From NCBI GenBank assembly GCA_036516155.1, contig DATBUK010000025.1, positions 3,991 through 67,990 on the forward strand: a DNA stretch of 64,000 nt, read 5' to 3'. The DNA is from Yaniella sp. (GTDB taxonomy: Bacteria; Actinomycetota; Actinomycetes; Actinomycetales; Micrococcaceae). This document shows positions 58,857 to 64,000 of the stretch, piece after piece (positions within the stretch are counted from its first letter, which is position 1; each line of letters starts with the position of its first letter). A model generated the notes under the pieces. It did not search any database, was not told where the DNA came from, and saw nothing but the letters and a program-made list of their open reading frames with translations. A program made the translations under genes and the position numbers.

Positions 58857-60197
58857 CTAGAGCTGGCGAAGATCGTAGATCCGGCGGAGCTTTCCGCTGG
58901 ACCGTGCCAGCGTCTCGGGTTCAGCAATCTTGATTTGGCACGTGCATCCGATCCGGTTTTTGATTCTGGTTCGGAGTTCCTGGCCACCGGCTTGCGCCTC
59001 CGCCATCGAAGCTGTCGCGCGACGTTCGATTTTGACGGTGAGCTCATCAAGCCGGTTCGGTCGGGTAATCTCCAACTGGAAATGCGGCGACAAGGTGTCA
59101 ATCTCTAACGCAATTTCTTCGATCTGACTGGGGAAAAGATTCACACCCCGCAAGATGATCATGTCATCTGAGCGGCCAACGATTCGATCCATTCGACGAT
59201 GACCGGCACGGGCTGTGCCCGGTCGCAGGGTCGTCAGGTCGTGGGTGCGGAATCGGATAATCGGCAGCGCTTCCCGCGTGAGCGCAGAAAACACCAACTC
59301 ACCGGATTCTCCCTCGGGTAGGACCTCCCCGGTGAACGGGTCCAGGATTTCTGGATAGAAATGGTCCTCCCAGATATGACACCCATCTTGCGTTTCTACC
59401 GACTCACTGGCCATCCCTGGTCCTAAAAGCTCGGACAGCCCGTAAATATCGCAGGCTTTCATACCGTAGATCGACTCAATTTCGGCGCGCATGCCATCGG
59501 TCCAGGGTTCAGCTCCAAGAACGCCGACCTTCAGCGACGTCTGTCGCGGGTCGATTCCTGCTTTGGTGAAACCATCTGCCAAGGCCAACAGATAGGTCGG
59601 TGTGCACAAGATGACATCTGGCTGCAGATCGGTGATCATTTGTACTTGCTTTTCGGTCTGACCACCCGACATCGGGACGACGGCACATCCGAGACGTTCC
59701 GCGCCATAGTGCGCGCCCAAGCCGCCCGTAAACAAGCCATAGCCGTAAGCGTTATGGACAATATGACCCGGCCGCACCCCGGAGTTCCGCAAGGAGCGAG
59801 CCGCCAGCGTCGCCCACATCTTCAGATCGTTTTCGGTATAGGCCACGACCGTGGGCTGACCGGTCGTGCCCGAGGACGCATGGATTCTTCGAACCTGATC
59901 CATCGGCACTGCTAGCGCCTTCAACGGATACGCGTTCCGCAGGAATTCCTTATCGATGCACGGGAAGTGCGTGATGTCTTCGAGCGAAGTGAAATCGTTC
60001 GGATGCACCCCGTGATCATCATAGAGCTGCTGATACGCCGGCACATTGCGGTATGCATGATGTAAGGTCCAGCGCAGTCGTTCAAACTGCAGGTCGCGGA
60101 TGCGGTCGAGACTGAAGTGTTCCTCAGGATCGAGCTGACTGCGGTCCGTTGGGGGATCGGTTGGAGTCCACGGTTGAGGAAAAGCGTGCGTAGTCAT
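58857..60197 (-). CDS. paaK: Second phenylacetate--CoA ligase paralog
   Basis: Same motifs as 24069-25433; ATG 60197 with RBS GGAGAA. Confidence 0.92.
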   Translation of the reverse strand: MTTHAFPQPWTPTDPPTDRSQLDPEEHFSLDRIRDLQFERLRWTLHHAYRNVPAYQQLYDDHGVHPNDFTSLEDITHFPCIDKEFLRNAYPLKALAVPMDQVRRIHASSGTTGQPTVVAYTENDLKMWATLAARSLRNSGVRPGHIVHNAYGYGLFTGGLGAHYGAERLGCAVVPMSGGQTEKQVQMITDLQPDVILCTPTYLLALADGFTKAGIDPRQTSLKVGVLGAEPWTDGMRAEIESIYGMKACDIYGLSELLGPGMASESVETQDGCHIWEDHFYPEILDPFTGEVLPEGESGELVFSALTREALPIIRFRTHDLTTLRPGTARAGHRRMDRIVGRSDDMIILRGVNLFPSQIEEIALEIDTLSPHFQLEITRPNRLDELTVKIERRATASMAEAQAGGQELRTRIKNRIGCTCQIKIAEPETLARSSGKLRRIYDLRQL

Positions 60198-60400
60198 AGA
60201 GCGTTCTCCGGTGTAAGGGTCGAGCCTAAGCGCCCGTAGGCCGTTTTGCGACCCACCTGCGCCTCGCCAGCCTTTCGCTTCGGTGACGGTGCGTATACGG
60301 AACCGCCCCGATGCAATAAGGTTGTGCGGTACATCACAATATACGCGTCGGGGGTTCACCGGGTCTACTACGAAGCTGGCCCGACGGAAGGAGTGACAGC

Positions 60401-60952
60401 ATGCCGCGCACCGGCCATTTATGGAGGACTCGAAGCGAGCGCGAGAACTCACAAGAAGACCAAGACTCGATCAGACGCGTGCTAGAGGCTGCCTTTGGTA
60501 CCGATGCAGAGGCGAATCTGGTCGACGACTTACGAGCAGAGGGCACCCACTGGATCCCGCGGTACTCAGTCCTGGGATTTACCGCAGCCATCCCGGATTC
60601 CGAGTTTGAGACGACCGCGGCCGCTCATGCGTTGATACACCGCTGCACAGTGGGTGGTCAGCCAGGCCTTATCCTTGCCCCAACGGGCGTGCTTCCGCAG
60701 CATCAGGGTGAAGGCGCCGGTTCTGCAGTCATCCGGGCAGTGATTGAACTCGCCCGACAAGATGGCGAGCCCTTTATTCTCGTCTACGGATATCCGCACT
60801 TTTATCCCCGGTTTGGCTTCCGCCCAGCCACAAAAGTTGGGATCACCGCACAGTGGGCGACACAACCAGAAGCGCTCCAGGTACTCGTTCTTGATGGCGA
60901 AGCCACCTTGCCAGCCGGTGAGGTTCAGCTCCCCGAAGCCTATGGCGTCTAG
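60401..60952 (+). CDS. GNAT family N-acetyltransferase (YhbS-like)
   Basis: AAFG...EANLVDDLR, LAPTGVLPQHQGEGAG, FYPRFGF. Confidence 0.88.
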   Translation: MPRTGHLWRTRSERENSQEDQDSIRRVLEAAFGTDAEANLVDDLRAEGTHWIPRYSVLGFTAAIPDSEFETTAAAHALIHRCTVGGQPGLILAPTGVLPQHQGEGAGSAVIRAVIELARQDGEPFILVYGYPHFYPRFGFRPATKVGITAQWATQPEALQVLVLDGEATLPAGEVQLPEAYGV

Positions 60953-60973
60953 ACCCTCGCGAGGTTTCCACGA

Positions 60974-61837
60974 ATGTCTCATCCTCAGAATCCCGTAAGG
61001 GTCCATGATTTACTCGCCGACTTTTCGCTCGAAATCACTGGCAAGGATGCCGGCTCTCTACAAGAAGCCGCTTCCGCGATCCCGCAGGGGACCCGCATCA
61101 ACGTCACCTTCTTAGGACACGAGGACCTTCAGACGCGAGTTGCCGCTGCCAAGACAGTGCGTGACTTGGGGTTTGTGTCAGTGCCGCATATTTCTGCGCG
61201 GAGGATTCACAGCGAATCAGATCTGAAGAGCTTTCTCAGTGCCCTGGCCGAAGTGGACGCCGTGGATCACGTATTTGCCGTCGGAGGTGATCCCGCGGAT
61301 CCTGTGGGCCCCTACGCCTCGGCTCGGCAAATGTTGGAATCTGGGATCTTCGAAGCCTTTGAGGTGCAAAAAGTTGCGATCGCCGGCTATCCAGAAGGAC
61401 ATCCTGATATCGCCCCCGACGTGTTAGCTCGGGAATTAAAAAGTAAGCTCGACCTGATCGCTGAGCGTCAGTGGGACACCACGATAGTGACCCAATTCGG
61501 GTTTGATGTCGAACCAATTGCCAGCTGGCTTAATGAGCTTGCCGCATTAGACATCCGCGTTCCGGTACGGATCGGGGTGCCAGGCCCGGCCGGGGTAAAA
61601 CAGCTTTTGAGCTACGCTCGCCGGTTCGGCGTCGCATCGTCGGCCGGCATCGTGAAGAAATACGGTTTTTCGTTGACCAATTTATTGGGCAGCGCCGGAC
61701 CCGATACGTTCCTGAAGCACCTCGCCGAAGTGGCAGCCTCGACCGCCTATGAGGGGCGGGTCGGTGTGCATTTCTATACTTTCGGCGGTGTGGCGAAAAC
61801 TGCCCAGTGGATCCAAGACTTCACTGGCAAACGCTAA
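60974..61837 (+). CDS. metF: Atypical methylenetetrahydrofolate reductase (O-demethylase-associated MetF type)
   Basis: FSLEITGKD, VPHISARR, VGGD, AGYPEGHP, TQFGF, HFYTFGG. Confidence 0.82.
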   Translation: MSHPQNPVRVHDLLADFSLEITGKDAGSLQEAASAIPQGTRINVTFLGHEDLQTRVAAAKTVRDLGFVSVPHISARRIHSESDLKSFLSALAEVDAVDHVFAVGGDPADPVGPYASARQMLESGIFEAFEVQKVAIAGYPEGHPDIAPDVLARELKSKLDLIAERQWDTTIVTQFGFDVEPIASWLNELAALDIRVPVRIGVPGPAGVKQLLSYARRFGVASSAGIVKKYGFSLTNLLGSAGPDTFLKHLAEVAASTAYEGRVGVHFYTFGGVAKTAQWIQDFTGKR

Positions 61838-61876
61838 CAGTGTTGTAGCCACGGAGCCGTGGAAAAAGACGGTATA

Positions 61877-61916
61877 AAAGGGCCGTTGCAACGTCTAAGC
61901 GTTGCAACGGCCCTTT
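61877..61916. terminator. Bidirectional terminator
   Basis: AAAGGGCCGTTGCAACG-TCTAAG-CGTTGCAACGGCCCTTT. Confidence 0.78.
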
Positions 61917-61972
61917 CGTCTCCGACTCTTCAAATCCGTCAGTTATGACCTCAAGAGTCGAAGCGGAATGTT

Positions 61973-63214
61973 CTAGCGCAACCCGGAAGCCACATAGCGG
62001 GAGTAATCCCGCGCGGCGGTGGTGCGCAGGGTTTCCTGTACGGCTGCTGCGGCTTCTTGCATCGTCTTGACCCAATCGAGCGCGGTCGCGCCCGTGACCC
62101 CTTGGGGCAGGTGACCCAGACGAATGACAAGACCTGAGTTACGCAGTTCTGTGCTATTTGGATCAAATACTGGAACCACTACGCTGGCCAGGTTGACGCT
62201 GGTCTCTGCGGGATCGATGCTGTTGCCAAAGAATTGACCAGAGGCCGCAAACGTTGAACGAACAGCGCGATCACGTGCTGGGGTAAGTTCCCCGCTGCCG
62301 TATTCGGCGAGGGCCGCGCCGAGTTTTTCGTAGCCGTTTGGGTCGCTGTCGAGACGGGAAATCGCGTAGCCTTGACCGCGAATCTTCTCTGCGAGACTGC
62401 GGTAGTTTTGGATGACTTCTTCTTCCGGCGGGAAGATTCTTGCCACCCACTGGTCTACCTGGTCGGGGCTCCATGCCACGGCTGCTTCACCCAGTGGTGG
62501 GATCAGCGGTATCCGAACCCCGATGCGCTCATCAGCGTCAGAGGTTCCACCATAAGAGGTCGCACCGATGGTCTGATCAATCGAACTAATTTGCACTAAA
62601 GCGTGCGCTGAGCACTGGAAACGCTGCGCCAACAGGTCCAGTTGTGGTCGGGCCGCCTCAGCGATTCGCACAGCCGAAATCATCGATTCATCAACGTGTG
62701 CGCTCAATCCGGTAGTCGAAAAGCCACCATAGCCGCCCTGGAAGAACAGCAGCGGGGTCACGGGACGGTTCACAGATACGTCGTCGTAGGCAACCAGGGA
62801 GATGTAGTGATCGCCGGCTTCGATTTCTTTTTCGAGACGACCGTGCACATACGCGACAGCATTGTCGATCATCGGTACGCCGTGTTTCGAAGGCGTCCAC
62901 GCGACCTTGTCGAACTTGTTGGGATCTTTCGAAGCCAATGTGCGGCAGTCTTGAAGCTGATCAGCAGCCAGTACACTAATGCAGAGACGTTCTGCTCGAC
63001 GGAGCTTAGCGTACGAATTTGAAGTCGTCATTGGCATAAATGACACCAATGGAGGATCAAGCGAGACAGAGCTGAACGTTCCGACTACCATGCCGACAGG
63101 CTCATCGTCGACAACGCCGGTCACAACCACGACACCGGTGGGATAGTGACCCATCACGTCGCGTATGACGCGCGAATCGATGGTCGGTTGAGTTTCTAGG
63201 GTAGCTTCACTCAT
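61973..63214 (-). CDS. Flavin reductase domain fused to an IclR-like effector (GAF) domain
   Basis: RDVMGHYPTGVVVVT, SVSLDPPLV, EAGDH, PLLFFQGGY; C-terminal half GVRIPLIPPLG, IRGQGYAIS, SVVVPVF; RBS AAGGAG. Confidence 0.82.
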   Translation of the reverse strand: MSEATLETQPTIDSRVIRDVMGHYPTGVVVVTGVVDDEPVGMVVGTFSSVSLDPPLVSFMPMTTSNSYAKLRRAERLCISVLAADQLQDCRTLASKDPNKFDKVAWTPSKHGVPMIDNAVAYVHGRLEKEIEAGDHYISLVAYDDVSVNRPVTPLLFFQGGYGGFSTTGLSAHVDESMISAVRIAEAARPQLDLLAQRFQCSAHALVQISSIDQTIGATSYGGTSDADERIGVRIPLIPPLGEAAVAWSPDQVDQWVARIFPPEEEVIQNYRSLAEKIRGQGYAISRLDSDPNGYEKLGAALAEYGSGELTPARDRAVRSTFAASGQFFGNSIDPAETSVNLASVVVPVFDPNSTELRNSGLVIRLGHLPQGVTGATALDWVKTMQEAAAAVQETLRTTAARDYSRYVASGLR

Positions 63215-63449
63215 TGGGGTACTCCTTGCTGCTGTAGCCTTTAGAGCGATTATGCACTTAATGCGTAAGAATATATTTTGACCTGTGCCGCCTAGCCTAA
63301 CTGTGATGGATGCCACGCGCAACATTTTTAGGAAAATAAAAAATTTTCCGCAAAGAATGCAAAACAACTTGACAGTGATATGAATCACGAGCAATATAAA
63401 GTGTCAGTGTTAGGTCCATTGACCAGTAATCGTTTTTCATGGAGGAACC

Positions 63450-64000
63450 ATGTTGCAGCGCATCCGAGCCGGGGGAGCTATGATGACAGTCTTTTTGCTG
63501 TTCATCCTGGCCTTCTTCGGATACCCGCTCTTAATGTTGATCTATGGCGCATTTCGGAGCGGCCAGCCGGGAACCGATGGCGAGATGGGACTCTCCGGAT
63601 TCGTCGACGCCTATGGCGACCCCGCGACGTGGGAGACCCTGTGGGCTTCGGTCATGTACGGTGGCGGGGTCCAGGCCATCGGGCTGGTGGGCGGATTCAT
63701 CTTTGCATGGATCGCGACCCGCACCAACACACCCGGTGCGCGGTGGATTACGATCTCCATGGTCGTCATCTTCGCCATCCCCACCCTGTTCTTCGCCATT
63801 AGTTGGGGCATGCTGACGGGGCCCAACGGGCTGGTCACCAGCGTCTTCGGTTTGGGCGAAGACGGTCAGCCAAAACTGGATGCGCTCAGCTGGGCCGGAC
63901 TGATCTCAGTCAGCGGACTCAAGAGCGTTGCAGTGATGTACCTGTTGATGCTCGGACCGGTCCGTGCACTGAACCGCTCGCTTGAAGAAGCAGCGATTCT
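63450..64000 (+). CDS. ABC transporter permease (Fe3+/thiamine FbpB/ThiP-like), 3' end outside window
   Basis: Manual translation MLQRIRAGG...GYPLLMLIYGAF...AWIATRTNTPG...LNRSLEEAA (EAA loop); RBS GGAGG; not in the ORF track because it has no stop in the window. Confidence 0.85.
   Translation, partial: MLQRIRAGGAMMTVFLLFILAFFGYPLLMLIYGAFRSGQPGTDGEMGLSGFVDAYGDPATWETLWASVMYGGGVQAIGLVGGFIFAWIATRTNTPGARWITISMVVIFAIPTLFFAISWGMLTGPNGLVTSVFGLGEDGQPKLDALSWAGLISVSGLKSVAVMYLLMLGPVRALNRSLEEAAI

Noticed and set aside
60198-60452. Long N-terminal extension of the second paaK, or a riboswitch in its leader
   Set aside because: Homology to the first paaK starts at ATG 60197 with an RBS, and the leader does not match a riboswitch consensus I recognise.
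63215-63394. 60-aa N-terminal extension of the flavin reductase fusion
   Set aside because: This is AT-rich promoter DNA, and a strong AAGGAG RBS precedes ATG 63214.
63380-63985. Short ORFs listed at the window end
   Set aside because: They are off-frame shadows of the ABC permease that starts at 63450.
1-64000. CRISPR array, tRNA/rRNA, IS or integrase
   Set aside because: I saw no regularly spaced repeats, RNA gene signatures or transposase/recombinase motifs by eye; tRNAscan and Rfam were not run.

Overview
64 kb of high-GC actinobacterial chromosome; gene content and acidic secreted proteins suggest a halotolerant Micrococcaceae-like organism (inference). I found no rRNA, tRNA, CRISPR array, transposase or integrase. 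In order, the window holds: membrane and transport genes (1-7.4 kb); stress/redox enzymes; a TetR + Liv-type ABC + acetamidase/formamidase amide-use operon; a CitE-like lyase; a YbdK ligase / asparagine-synthase-like amidotransferase / peptidase C26 trio; and a phenylacetate (paa) cluster. The paa cluster is split in two (23.3-33.1 kb and 51.4-55.9 kb) by a frameshifted SDR, a urate-allantoin-glyoxylate catabolic cluster and a toxin-antitoxin pair. After it come catB/LysR/catC without catA, a second paaK, a GNAT, an atypical MetF, a flavin-reductase/IclR-effector-domain fusion and the start of an ABC permease. The main new observation is a tandem 15+6+15 bp operator at the promoters of the purine cluster. 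One copy precedes a 56-aa ORF (48420-48590) that I do not recognise and that has its own promoter, RBS and terminator. Also notable: a CitE/malate-synthase-fold enzyme sits where ureidoglycolate lyase is missing; the amidotransferase has a degenerate glutaminase site; and four PaaR-like boxes link the two paa halves. Several single-base indels (SDR, TA pair, D-TA start) may be sequencing errors.
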